The translations under genes and the position numbers were made by a program. The notes beneath the pieces were generated by a model. The model had not been told where the DNA came from, made no database searches, and was given only the letters and a program-made list of their open reading frames with translations. Shown piece by piece: positions 1-9,647 of a DNA stretch of 64,000 nucleotides; positions within the stretch are counted from its first letter, which is position 1, and every line of letters starts with the position of its first letter. Source of the DNA: an uncultured Bacteroidales bacterium (GTDB lineage: Bacteria; Bacteroidota; Bacteroidia; Bacteroidales; VadinHA17); assembly GCA_963831935.1 (NCBI GenBank), contig CAWHSH010000003.1:177518-241517 (forward strand). Direction: 5' to 3'.

Positions 1-416
1 TTCGCCAGCAGGTTGTAATTTCCGAAATCAATCCGGTTTTGTTCCCTTTCACCAGCTACCGGCTTGATATAAACATGTGTTGCCCAGTTTTCGCTCTGGA
101 TTATCATGTTCCCGGTATTTATCCCGGTTCTTTTCATTATCGAAAGCATTTCCTCCCCGAAGGGATCACTGCCGGTCGCTCCAAAAGCCCTGATATCGCG
201 GACTTCCATTGCAGCAAGATTGTTCGCCACATTTCCTGCTCCGCCCAGGGAGTATTTCTGTTGCCTGACAGGCCTGGTAGGGTGGCCGGTTTCGATTGAG
301 ATCTCACTCTTGGATTCATCTATGAACCAGTAAGCATCAAGGCAAAAATCGCCTACAACAGCAATTCTGACTGATTTGATCTTACCTATTATTTCCTGTA
401 ACAATGCCGGCTTCAT
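1..416 (-). CDS. PfkB-family sugar kinase, heptose-7-phosphate kinase (HldE/RfaE domain I)-like; C-terminal part lies outside the window
   Basis: Open at the window edge, so absent from the ORF track. My minus-strand translation from the ATG at 416-414 reads MKPALLQEIIGKIKSVRIAVVGDFCLDAYWFIDESKSEISIETGHPTRPVRQQKYSLGGAGNVANNLAAMEV..., the N-terminal pattern of RfaE/HldE ribokinase-like kinases. It lies 11 nt downstream of gmhA on the same strand. Confidence 0.6.
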   Translation of the reverse strand, partial: MKPALLQEIIGKIKSVRIAVVGDFCLDAYWFIDESKSEISIETGHPTRPVRQQKYSLGGAGNVANNLAAMEVRDIRAFGATGSDPFGEEMLSIMKRTGINTGNMIIQSENWATHVYIKPVAGEREQNRIDFGNYNLLA

Positions 417-427
417 ATTTCTGAATT

Positions 428-1069
428 TTATTTACCATAAAAATAATTTTCAACCATGTTACAGATTGTGTGCAATACCGGTAAATGAAGCTCCTGAACA
501 TAAGCAGTCCTTGTTTCCGGAACGTTTACGAGCACATCACAATATTGTTTCATTTTGCCCCCTGTTTTACCGGTAATTCCTATCACATTTAAGTTCAGGG
601 CCATGGCAGTAATGCAGGCATCCACTACATTTTGTGAATTCCCCGACGTGCTTATGGCAATAAGCACATCTTTTTCCATGCCGTAGCCAGTTACCTGCTG
701 TGCAAAAACAAGACACGCATCCATATCGTTGGCAATTGCAGTTGTGAGTGCATTATTTGCTGAAAGTGAAATTGCCGGTAATCCGTGTTCCAGCTTTTCA
801 GCAAGAATTTTCCCCCGGTTGGCGGATATTTCAATAAGCCTGTTTTTCAGGCTGTCGTCCAGGGGGCGTGCTGATTCAAAGCTTTTCATGAGTTCACCGG
901 CAAGGTGGTCAGCATCGGAACTGCTCCCTCCGTTTCCGCAGATAAGCAGCTTGCCTCCTCTCGAGTAACATTTTATTATCATTAAGGCAGCTTCTTCAAT
1001 TGAATTTCTTATACCGGACAATTGCGGGTATCTTTCGCAAAGCCGGTCAGTCGGCTTATCTTTATTCAT
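428..1069 (-). CDS. gmhA: phosphoheptose isomerase (SIS domain)
   Basis: 213-aa ORF with GNGGSSSDADHLAGEL and ISTSGNS motifs typical of GmhA. Adjacent to the heptose kinase-like gene. Confidence 0.85.
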   Translation of the reverse strand: MNKDKPTDRLCERYPQLSGIRNSIEEAALMIIKCYSRGGKLLICGNGGSSSDADHLAGELMKSFESARPLDDSLKNRLIEISANRGKILAEKLEHGLPAISLSANNALTTAIANDMDACLVFAQQVTGYGMEKDVLIAISTSGNSQNVVDACITAMALNLNVIGITGKTGGKMKQYCDVLVNVPETRTAYVQELHLPVLHTICNMVENYFYGK

Positions 1070-1153
1070 CAGTTTCAGGTTAATCTTTTATAAAATTATT
1101 AATTTTAATCCTGATTCCCTTAAAGACTTATAAACACTTAAGATCTAATAACT

Positions 1154-1585
1154 ATGGCAGAAAAAGAACCGCTGGTACTGAGCGACAAAAATGTCTTCCC
1201 GGCAGATGATATCCTTTATTCGATAATCGGTGATAAAAAGATTGTTTGGCAAAAGATAATGGCTTATGTAAAAGATAATTACAAAGACATCACAGAAGAA
1301 TGGAGATACTATAATGATGGTAAGCAATGGCTGTTAAAGGTACAGCAAAAGAAAAAAACACTTTTCTGGATAGGAGTGCAAAAAGATACTTTCCGTATCA
1401 CTTTTTATTTTGGCAACAAGGCTGAACTTGCTATTACCGGTAGCAGCCTGCCCAAAAAGCTCAGGGATGATTTTGTGGAAGGTAAGCGGTATGGTAATAT
1501 CAGGGCGATTACGATAAAAGTGACAGGTCAGTCTGACCTCGAAAATATTTATAAGCTTATTGATATCAAAGCGGGACTAAAATAA
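1154..1585 (+). CDS. DUF3788-like protein, function unknown
   Basis: 143-aa ORF. The EWRYYNDGKQWLLKV..KKTLFWI..FRITFYF pattern matches my recollection of DUF3788. Confidence 0.5.
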   Translation: MAEKEPLVLSDKNVFPADDILYSIIGDKKIVWQKIMAYVKDNYKDITEEWRYYNDGKQWLLKVQQKKKTLFWIGVQKDTFRITFYFGNKAELAITGSSLPKKLRDDFVEGKRYGNIRAITIKVTGQSDLENIYKLIDIKAGLK

Positions 1586-1696
1586 AATGCATAGACTACC
1601 GGTAACAACGGATTGGACATAAGGGATTTAACTTTGCGTACTTTGCGGTTAAGAAGGATCTTTTAGACAGCCCCCAATTAAATCAAAGCAAAAAAA

Positions 1697-1732
1697 AACC
1701 GTATTTAAAACCGTATTTAAAACCGTATTTAA
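1697..1732. repeat. perfect 12-bp tandem repeat AACCGTATTTAA x3
   Basis: Read directly: copies at 1697-1708, 1709-1720 and 1721-1732, in the intergenic DNA downstream of the murQ stop. Confidence 0.9.
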
Positions 1733-1782
1733 AGACGGTGATCCTTTTTCTTTGCTTGTCGCCGGCCGCCTGTCTGACTTAA

Positions 1783-2634
1783 CTAGCGATATTTCTCTCT
1801 GAATATATCGAGCACTTTTCTGACTGAACCGTGAAGAAGCAGAAGCTTTTTTGATGTTTCCGGATCAAGCCCCAATTCGTCGGAAATCATTTTTGTGCCT
1901 CTTCTTATGAGCTTCTGGTTTGTAAGCTGCATATTCACCATTTTATTTCCCTTTACACGTCCAAGGCGGATCATGGTGGCAGTAGTGATCATGTTCAGAA
2001 CAAGCTTTTGGGCGGTACCGGCTTTCATCCTGGTGCTTCCGGTCAGGAATTCAGGACCGGTTATTACTTCAATGGCCACGTCGGCATAGTTTGCCAGCGG
2101 AGTATCCTTGTTGCATGTAATTGCCCCCGTGAAGATCGCGGTTTCGCGCGCTCTTTTAAGAGCACCGACAACGTACGGTGTTGTTCCTGAGGCTGCAATG
2201 CCGACAATTACATCTTTAACAGACGGGGAATACGCTTTAAGTTCCGTCCATCCAAGTTCCTCATTATCCTCAGCCTTCTCAACTGCTTTACGTATGGCAC
2301 TGTCTCCCCCGGCAATCAATCCTATAACATATCCCTGATCAAGGCCGAATGTTGGCGGAATCTCCGAAGCATCAACTATTCCGAGTCTTCCGCTGGTACC
2401 GGCCCCGACATAGAACAGCCGGCCTCCGGTTTGCATCCTGGATACAATTGCCCCGACCAGCTTTTCAATCGAAGGGATGCACCCCTTTACAATACCGGGG
2501 ATTTTCTGATCCTCTGCATTGATCGATTCAAGAAGCTGTCTCACTGACATTTTTTCAAGGTCGTGATATAATGATTCAGATTCGGTTATGCTGATCATTT
2601 TTTTTATTTGTAAAAGGACTTCATTAGTGTCCAC
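1783..2634 (-). CDS. murQ: N-acetylmuramic acid 6-phosphate etherase
   Basis: 283-aa ORF with a SIS domain. GAGTSGRLG, GIAASGTTPYV and LTGSTRMKAGTAQK motifs are typical of MurQ. Confidence 0.85.
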   Translation of the reverse strand: MDTNEVLLQIKKMISITESESLYHDLEKMSVRQLLESINAEDQKIPGIVKGCIPSIEKLVGAIVSRMQTGGRLFYVGAGTSGRLGIVDASEIPPTFGLDQGYVIGLIAGGDSAIRKAVEKAEDNEELGWTELKAYSPSVKDVIVGIAASGTTPYVVGALKRARETAIFTGAITCNKDTPLANYADVAIEVITGPEFLTGSTRMKAGTAQKLVLNMITTATMIRLGRVKGNKMVNMQLTNQKLIRRGTKMISDELGLDPETSKKLLLLHGSVRKVLDIFREKYR

Positions 2635-2756
2635 TAAAAATTAAATATCGTTTTTTGAAATCATGATTGCATCTAGGTTGCAGAGTTTTCTTTCCAGGTA
2701 CCGATTTGAAATGAGATTATACTTTGACTTTGATCAATTTAAGATTATTTTCGTTA

Positions 2757-2870
2757 CCGTTGGCTTTAGCCAACGGTATATCAGCCTCACTATAAAGGAC
2801 TTTAGTCCTTCATTTTTGGGCTAAAGCCCTAACCTAGGCTGTATCTTTATCCGTTGGCTAAAGCCAACGG
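2757..2870. repeat. cluster of four short GC-stem hairpins with TTTA/TAAA loops (REP-like)
   Basis: The four hairpins are CCGTTGGC-TTTA-GCCAACGG (2757-2776), AAGGAC-TTTA-GTCCTT (2795-2810), GGGC-TAAA-GCCC (2818-2829) and CCGTTGGC-TAAA-GCCAACGG (2851-2870). The first and last are exact reverse complements, and both are followed by TATAT. Confidence 0.8.
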
Positions 2871-3166
2871 TATATGAGTTCAATCTTAAAATTATACAAA
2901 TTATGAACATTACATACCTTAACAAAATATTTCAAAACTAGCTACTTACAAACTAAGATTACAAAGATATCAAAGAACTATATTGTATGCTGTTGAAAAT
3001 CAATTATATTTAAGTAGACACTAATGAAAGGACTTAATAAATAAATATTATGTTACTTGTTGCTGGTTAGTTGATTAGTCAATTCAATAATATGTCATTA
3101 TAACAATAATCTTTAAAGTATTATTTTATTATCAGAATGTTCGTTTTCAATTAACTGGTAACCAGT

Positions 3167-3236
3167 AACCTGCAACCTGCAACCTGGAACCTGCAACCTG
3201 GAACCTGAAACCTGAAACCTGAAACAAACAACCTGA
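3167..3236. repeat. heptanucleotide tandem repeat (AACCTGN) x10
   Basis: Ten contiguous 7-bp units read directly: AACCTGC x2, AACCTGG, AACCTGC, AACCTGG, AACCTGA x3, AACAAAC, AACCTGA. The array ends 1 nt from the stop codon (3238-3240) of the minus-strand kinase gene. Confidence 0.9.
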
Positions 3237-3237
3237 T

Positions 3238-4089
3238 TTAACTATTCATTTTATGATATTGTATCAACCCTTCAATCGGACCTCTTGTCACTGTGGAAAT
3301 AATAAAATTGTTTTTCCTGAAAACCTCTTCAAGAATTTGCCTGAAATGCCAGGCTACCGAGCCTGTAACAGCAATCTCAGTCCTTCCCGTAAGTTTATAG
3401 AGCATAAGGTTTCTCCTGACAAATTCCTCAAATGAGCTTTTTATCAGGTTTGTACAATATTCATGTGATATATGATCTTTAAGAAACTGAACAAAGCCAC
3501 CAATGTACCTGCTGGGAAAAACTCCCCTGTATACATGGCTTACGATATCATCTTTCTCAGCATCATAGCTGTTTCTGAAATCCTCCGCCAGTTCTGAAGG
3601 CATTATCCCTCTCAGGAAATCAGCAAGCAGTTTTTTCCCGAGATATGCACCGCTACCCTCATCGCCAAGTATAAAACCAAGAGGCGGTATGTTTGAGGTA
3701 ATAGTTACTCCATTATAATAGCCCGAGTTGGAGCCGGTACCAATCATACATACATAACCTTTTCTCCTTCCGAGCAAACCTCTTGCTGCTCCTACAAGGT
3801 CGGAGAAAACATAAACCCGTGATAACGGAAGAACCGACCGGATGGCGTCCTTTACCCTGTTTTCCATTGTTTTGCCCGAGCATCCTGCCCCGTAAAACCA
3901 GACATCCTCAATTGCATCACCTGGATGTTTTATCACTGTCAGAACCTCTGACTCAAGCACTTCCCTGAACACTTCAGCATTTACAAAATTCGGATTTAAT
4001 CCGATGGTTGAAATGATTTCAGTTTCAATGGATTCTGATATCCCGCACCAATTAGTCTTGGTACCTCCGCTTTCGGCAATCAGTTTCAT
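3238..4089 (-). CDS. BadF/BadG/BcrA/BcrD-type ATPase sugar kinase (GlcNAc/MurNAc kinase-like)
   Basis: 283-aa ORF with N-terminal ESGGTKT and later GTGSNS and DEGSGAYLG motifs of ASKHA-fold N-acetylhexosamine kinases. It is upstream of murQ on the same strand. Tannerella MurK is of this family, as I recall it. Confidence 0.65.
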   Translation of the reverse strand: MKLIAESGGTKTNWCGISESIETEIISTIGLNPNFVNAEVFREVLESEVLTVIKHPGDAIEDVWFYGAGCSGKTMENRVKDAIRSVLPLSRVYVFSDLVGAARGLLGRRKGYVCMIGTGSNSGYYNGVTITSNIPPLGFILGDEGSGAYLGKKLLADFLRGIMPSELAEDFRNSYDAEKDDIVSHVYRGVFPSRYIGGFVQFLKDHISHEYCTNLIKSSFEEFVRRNLMLYKLTGRTEIAVTGSVAWHFRQILEEVFRKNNFIISTVTRGPIEGLIQYHKMNS

Positions 4090-4155
4090 AAATCAAAAGT
4101 ACAAAAAACCAATACATCCCCCTATCCCCACCACAAATTCTCCCCTGCAGGCTGG

Positions 4156-4202
4156 CCCTGTGAAATATGGCTATTGCGAGGGCTTCTCGTTATTTCACAG
4201 GG
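4156..4202. repeat. 12-bp perfect inverted repeat CCCTGTGAAATA / TATTTCACAGGG with a 23-nt spacer
   Basis: Arms at 4156-4167 and 4191-4202, read directly. Located in the divergent intergenic region between the kinase gene and the hdr-like cluster. Confidence 0.8.
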
Positions 4203-4251
4203 CTGGCTCCGTCGCTAAATTTGCCCACTGGACAAATTTTTAACGCTCGCT

Positions 4252-4270
4252 CCCTTCAAAGGGGGAATTT
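4252..4270. repeat. GC-rich hairpin repeat, 19-mer identical to 28244-28262
   Basis: CCCTTCAAAGGGGGAATTT occurs identically at 4252-4270 and 28244-28262. It contains a CCC/GGG stem around TTCAAA. Confidence 0.85.
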
Positions 4271-4412
4271 AAAGCCGTTATGCAACAACACCTTTCTATA
4301 TACGTATAAATACCCCTGTAAATTGGGTTTTAAGCCTGTTATATGCCTGACAGGAAACTAATACATTTGTTGTTAACAAATTAACTAACACTGGATTTCT
4401 TAAAGCCCGGAA

Positions 4413-5122
4413 ATGGAAAATTACCTTGATTTACTTAAACAGGATATAAGATTTGAAGAAGGGCTAAATGCTTGTATGAATTGCGGTGTCTGTACTGCTA
4501 TTTGTCCGGCTGCGGAATTCTATAATTATGATCCGCGGAAAATAGTCGACCTTGTACAATCGGGTGATAATGATGAAATAGAAAAACTTCTAAAATCAGA
4601 GGAAATCTGGTATTGTGGTGAGTGCATGTCATGCAAAACACGTTGTCCCAGGGGTAATGCTCCAGGTCTGATTATTATGGCGTTACGAGGATTATCGCAG
4701 GACCTTGGATTTTTTGTTGAATCTGAAAAGGGAAGGCAGCAGCTTGCTGTAAAAAGAACTGTAGGTCAATGGATTTTAGATCATGGTTATTGCCTTTACC
4801 TCGAGGGTGTCGGAACTGACCTTCATCCCGAACAGGGTCCAGTCTGGGATTGGATCCAGGATAACTACCGGGAGATTTTTCAACAGATTGGGAGCTAACT
4901 ATCAGGGAGACGGCCCTGGAATATTGCGTAAGATACCTGAAGAAGCAATGGAAGAGATCAGGAAGATATTTGAGGTTACCGGAGGTACACGCAGGTATGA
5001 AAAAATTGAGTTCTATTCCAAGAAAAAAAGCTGAAGAACTGGATTTGGAGCTTGACGAAGGTATTGATAATGAGTATTTCAGGCATATCTATAAAACAAA
5101 TAACGGATCTCATACCAAATAA
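4413..5122 (+). pseudogene. HdrC-like 4Fe-4S dicluster protein, two frame shifts
   Basis: ORF 4413..4898 carries CMNCGVCTAICP and CGECMSCKTRCP motifs. It continues in ORF 4783..5034 and then in a third frame to the TAA at 5120-5122. Deleting one A from the A7 run at 5023-5029 joins the last two pieces (..KKAEELDLELDEG..SHTK*). Confidence 0.7.
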
Positions 5123-5128
5123 AACAGG

Positions 5129-6192
5129 ATGAAATTAGAAGGTAAAAAAGCAATATGGAGAGAATATCAGAAAGAGATTGCTGATGACCGGTATTTCTAT
5201 GTAAGAAGCTGTGTAAGGCAAAATTTCTTTCCCGGTTCTGAAACCGCATTTCTCAAAATAATGAGAAAAGAACTGGAAAAGGATGTGTATGAACATCCGT
5301 GTCATACGACCTGCACAGGGATCGGATATCACGGAGATATTGTTCCGGTTGAAACAGCAATGACAGTTGTTGCCAGGCAGTTTTCCCTAATGACAGAAGC
5401 CGGCTATGAAAATCTTGTTCCCTCCTGTATAACATCTTTCGGACTTTATACTGAGATACTGGATACCTGGCATCATTTTCCGGAGGTTGAAGAGAAGATC
5501 AGGAAACAGCTTAGAAAAGCGACAGGCAGGGAATTCAGCATACCAAAAAACCTTGCACATGCCAGCGATGTCATTTATAAGTTCAGAAAAGAGATTGCTG
5601 CAAAAGCAAAATATAAACTGATAAATAAAAACACAGGTGAACCATTAAAAGTAGTCGATCATATAGGATGTCATTATGCCAAGATGTTTCCGTCAAAAGG
5701 TATTGGCGGTGCTGAATATCCGTATGTTCTTGCGCGGAATGGTTGAAGAATGGGGCGGGAAGGTAATTGACTATCCTGAACGGAGGCATTGCTGCGGATT
5801 TGGTTTCCGACAGTATCTTGTTCAGGCTAACAGAGGCTTCTCCATCGCCTGTTCAAAAGAAAAATTTGAATCAATGAGACCTTTTAAACCCGATATGATT
5901 ATTACCAATTGCCCGGGATGTCCAATGTTCCTTGACAGATGGCAATATGTAATAAATGAAATGGAAGGTAAAAGGTACGGCCAGAATGGAGAAGGAATAC
6001 CGGTATTTACATATGAAGAGGTGGCAGGACTTGTCCTTGGGTTATGATCCATGGGATCTGGGACTTCAAATGCATCAGACTGATTGCGAGCCGGTGCTTG
6101 ATAAAATGGGAATAGAGTATGATCCTGATGAAAAATACAATACCAGCATGCCAGACAAAAAAGTGAAGATCACAGGACTTGTAAACGTTTGA
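5129..6192 (+). pseudogene. HdrB-like CCG-domain protein, two frame shifts
   Basis: Three pieces: 5129..5746, 5676..6047 and 5956..6192. A CCG-type motif (HCCGFG, NCPGCPMF) is present. The pieces form one colinear protein when joined near 5735 and 6040. Confidence 0.7.
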
Positions 6193-6198
6193 TGAATA

Positions 6199-7228
6199 AT
6201 GAGTAAACATATTGTCGTAATAGGTGGTGGCGCAGCCGGAATGGAGGCTGCAGGCCAGCTTGCAAAAGAAGGATTTCAAGTAAGCCTGGTCGAAAAAGAA
6301 GAGGAAACAGGAGGCCATATTAAGGACTGGTATAAACTATTTCCTGACCGGAGGAATAGCTCTGAAGTCAGGGATTATCTTGAAAAGAAGGTTTCCTTGA
6401 AAAGTATCAAAATACTGACCGGAACCTATATTGAAAAAATAAACAACAATAAGGAAGGATTTTCACTATTCACAAAGGATGGAACCGAATTGAATGCCGA
6501 TGCAGTAGTTGTGGCAACGGGATTCGACCTTTTTAAAAGTGCAAGGAAAGAGGAGTATGGCTATGGCATTTATGATAACGTAATTACATCCGCTGACCTT
6601 GAAGCAATGTTCAGAAAGGGAAAGATTAAAATGTCAGACGGGATGGCACCAAAAACAGTTGGATTTGTGCATTGCGTGGGATCCAGGGATGAGAAAGCTG
6701 GTAATTTCTACTGCTCCAAGCTTTGCTGTGTTACCGCAGTCAAACAGGCAATTGAAATCAGGGAACATCTGCCCGAATCAAAAGTATTCTGTTTCTATAT
6801 GGATATGAGAATGGGAGGCGCTTATTATGAGGAACTTTACCGTGAAGCACAGGAAGTGTGGGGTATTAATTTCATCAGGGGAAAAGTATCTGAAGCCAGT
6901 GAATCAATCAATAATAAACTTGTTATCAAAGTAGAGGACACTCTGGCTGGCAGACCATTGAAAATGGAACTTGACCTGCTTGGTATTAATGGCGGGTATG
7001 GAAATGTCCGAGGGAGGATTAAAGATTGCTGAAAACTCAGGACTTAAAAAAGGCGAAAACAGATTCTTCGATCCGATAGATCATCATTATGCCAACAATT
7101 TAAGCAATATAAAAGGAGTTTTTTACGCAGGTACATGTACAGCTCCAATGAATATTACGGAGACAATTTCACATGCCAGATCTGCTGCCACGGAAGTAAT
7201 GAACTATTTAAATAACATGAATTCCTAA
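6199..7228 (+). pseudogene. short HdrA-like FAD-dependent oxidoreductase, one frame shift
   Basis: GGGAAGMEAA dinucleotide-binding motif. The HdrA cluster signature C-x-G-x-RD-x7-CS-x2-CC is present as CVGSRDEKAGNFYCSKLCC. Pieces 6199..7032 and 6971..7228 join near 6985. Confidence 0.7.
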
Positions 7229-7229
7229 A

Positions 7230-7574
7230 ATGGATAAATTCGGATTTGCCATATCTAAGGGAAGACAGATTGACTGGGAAAGCAATGACAGGAAAGTTGC
7301 TGATTTTATCCGTGAAAATGAACCAAGCTTTAAGCTTTGCATTGCATGCGGGGGTTGTGCAGCCACTTGCACCGCCGGAAACTTTACTGAATTCAGTCTG
7401 AGGGAGCTGAATATACTTTTACACCGGGGAGAAAACACAAAACCGAAGGATGATCTGAAAAAATGCATGCTCTGCGGAAAATGTACTCTGGTTTGTCCGC
7501 GAGGTGTTAATACACGAAATGTAATATTTGTGGCCAGGAAAGCTTTTCAGAAATTTGGAGATTATGCATTTTGA
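7230..7574 (+). CDS. small 4Fe-4S dicluster protein (HdrC2-like)
   Basis: 114-aa ORF with CIACGGCAATC and CMLCGKCTLVCP motifs. It starts 1 nt after the hdrA-like stop. Confidence 0.65.
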   Translation: MDKFGFAISKGRQIDWESNDRKVADFIRENEPSFKLCIACGGCAATCTAGNFTEFSLRELNILLHRGENTKPKDDLKKCMLCGKCTLVCPRGVNTRNVIFVARKAFQKFGDYAF

Positions 7575-9466
7575 ACCTTTCATAATACCTTTTAATCTCG
7601 GACTTTACTTCATACTGATCTATGCAGTAACCAGGAGCATTATATGGTTCAGGGAACTTTCAAGACCTGACAAACTGAGGCTGCAGAGAGGCTTTTTCGG
7701 TAAGGCATTCGGTCAGAGCCTCAAAGAGATTTTCCTTGAAAGCCTTATACACAGAAAAATACTGAAAACGAATTTCCGTCTTGGCTATATGCATATGAGC
7801 CTTGCTTTCGGCTGGTTTCTGCTTATCCTGTTTGGCACAATTGAAGCTGATATTTTCGGGGAAACACATCTGAACGCTCCGTATAAGGCAATTTTCTTTA
7901 AGTATTTCAATCCTGATCATGGCAAAACATTTTTTGAAGCCGGGTATTCATTCCTTATGGATTTTATTCTTGCTTTCATTCTTTCAGGACTTCTGTCTAG
8001 CCGTCATAAAGCGTCTCTCTCCCAGGGCTGTGGGGATGAAAAAAACGACCCGTCTTAAAGCAGTTGACAGAATAGCCCTTATATCGCTGTGGCTTATATT
8101 TCCAAGCCGCCTGATTGCAGAAAGCCTGACAAGCGGAGCCTATGGGACAGGAAGTTTCCTCACCGGTTCCCTTGGCTCAGTTCTGGCATCATTTTTACCA
8201 GCCCGGGATGTAGCATACCCTTTCTGGTGGCTTTACTCACTATCGCTGGGAACATTTTTTATTCTCCTTCCCCTGACCAGATATCTGCATATTCCTGTTG
8301 AGTTGTTCCTAATCTTCATGAGAAACTCGGGCATAAGGACAGGTGACAAGGCCGGGACTTTTTCAGAAGTACAGGTTCATTCCTGCTCATCATGCGGGAT
8401 CTGTATCGATCAGTGCCAGCTAAACTTCTCTGCGGGAATAAACCATATACAGTCAGCTTACCTGATGAAAGCCATCAGGAATAATGATGAAACCGGTGAG
8501 ATAGCACAAAATTGCCTGCTGTGCGGGAGATGCGACCAGAAATGTCCGGTCGGAATAGAATTGTCCCCAATTAGGATGATACAACGAAGGAGCGGTGAGT
8601 CTGAAAATAATTACGTCAATACGTGGAAAGGCTATTTTCGGAACAGGCAGACTCTGCCGGTTCAACGGCATATTACTGCCAGTTCATACGATTTTCTTCC
8701 TGAAAACAATCCAAAGATTGCAGATGTGCTATATTTTGCGGGATGCATGACACATCTGACGCCTTCCATTAAAAATGCCATGACAACGATCCTGAACGCC
8801 TCAGGTTTAAAATGGTCGTTCATCGATGAGAATGGAGGTGTTTGCTGCGGCAGGCCTCTGATGCTTGCCGGGCAGGATAAGGAGGCACGTGAACTCATAA
8901 ACTATAATTCACAGATCATCTGGAAATCAGGAGCCCACACACTTGTTACCTCATGCCCAATCTGCTATAAAGTGTTCAGGGAAAGCTATTACCTTGATGT
9001 AGAAGTGCTTCATCATACTCAATTCATCAAGAACCTGATCGAGGACGACCTGGTGAAAATGAATTTCCTCAATAAGAGAGTCACATACCACACTCCATGT
9101 GAACTTGGAAGAAGCTCAGGGGTATATGATGAGCCAAAAGAAGTAATAAGGCATGTTGCCATGCTTGAGAAAACTGGTTTTGATGACGAGAACTCATTGT
9201 GTTGCGGAGGAAGTCTGGGAAATATTAAACTCAGTTCCGCAAAAAGGCGTCAGATAGCTTTTGATGTTACTGCTGAACTTACAAAGAGTGATCCGGATTA
9301 TGTGGCTACAGCATGTCCCCTTTGCAAAAAGACACTGGCACAGGCTACTGAAACCCGGGTTGCAGATATCTCCGAACTGGTTGCAGAAGCAATTGTTACT
9401 CCCTCCGCAAAAAAAAATACTAAGCGGCAGGATATGCATGTCAGGGAATCAGCCGGGATTCTCTGA
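7564..9466 (+). pseudogene. membrane-anchored (Fe-S)-binding protein: N-terminal multi-TM domain fused to an HdrD/DsrK-like 4Fe-4S + 2xCCG domain; one frame shift
   Basis: Pieces 7528..8058 (likely start ATG 7564) and 7919..9466 join near 8000, where deleting a T gives ..ILSGLLLAVIKR... The N-terminal ~250 aa are hydrophobic. They are followed by CSSCGICIDQC, CLLCGRCDQKCP and CCG-type motifs (CCGRPL, SCPICY, CCGGSL, ACPLCK). Confidence 0.65.
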
Positions 9467-9647
9467 ATCCTTTTTGATGCTTTTTACGAATTATTTTAAA
9501 ATTGTTAATAAATAGTTAACTGGTAATGATAACATTGGTACTTTTTTTGTTTTTTAGCAAACCAAATGTATACTGAATTTGTTACTATGACGTTATAAAC
9601 TAACTGCGTTATCAATTAAAGAATTCTTAAATAAGGAGAGTAGAAAA

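Noticed and set aside
2690-2880. Hairpin cluster as a bona fide MITE or IS element
   Set aside because: I saw no target-site duplication, no transposase and only one copy in the window. The evidence supports only a REP-like hairpin cluster.
3167-3236. Possible CRISPR array or coding repeat
   Set aside because: The units are only 7 bp and contiguous, with no spacers, and no cas genes are nearby. The array lies outside any ORF, so it is a simple tandem repeat and is reported as such.
4004-4361. Small plus-strand ORFs 4004..4243 and 4167..4361 in the kinase/hdr intergenic region
   Set aside because: They overlap the kinase gene antisense and run through repeat elements and the 12-bp inverted repeat. 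The sequence is not protein-like.
4365-4381. ATTTGTT-GTT-AACAAAT palindrome (containing TTGTTAACAA) upstream of the hdr-like cluster as a Rex box
   Set aside because: The half sites are separated by 3 nt instead of the spacing in TTGTTAAnnnnTTAACAA, and the AT-rich sequence could arise by chance. It is kept only as a note.
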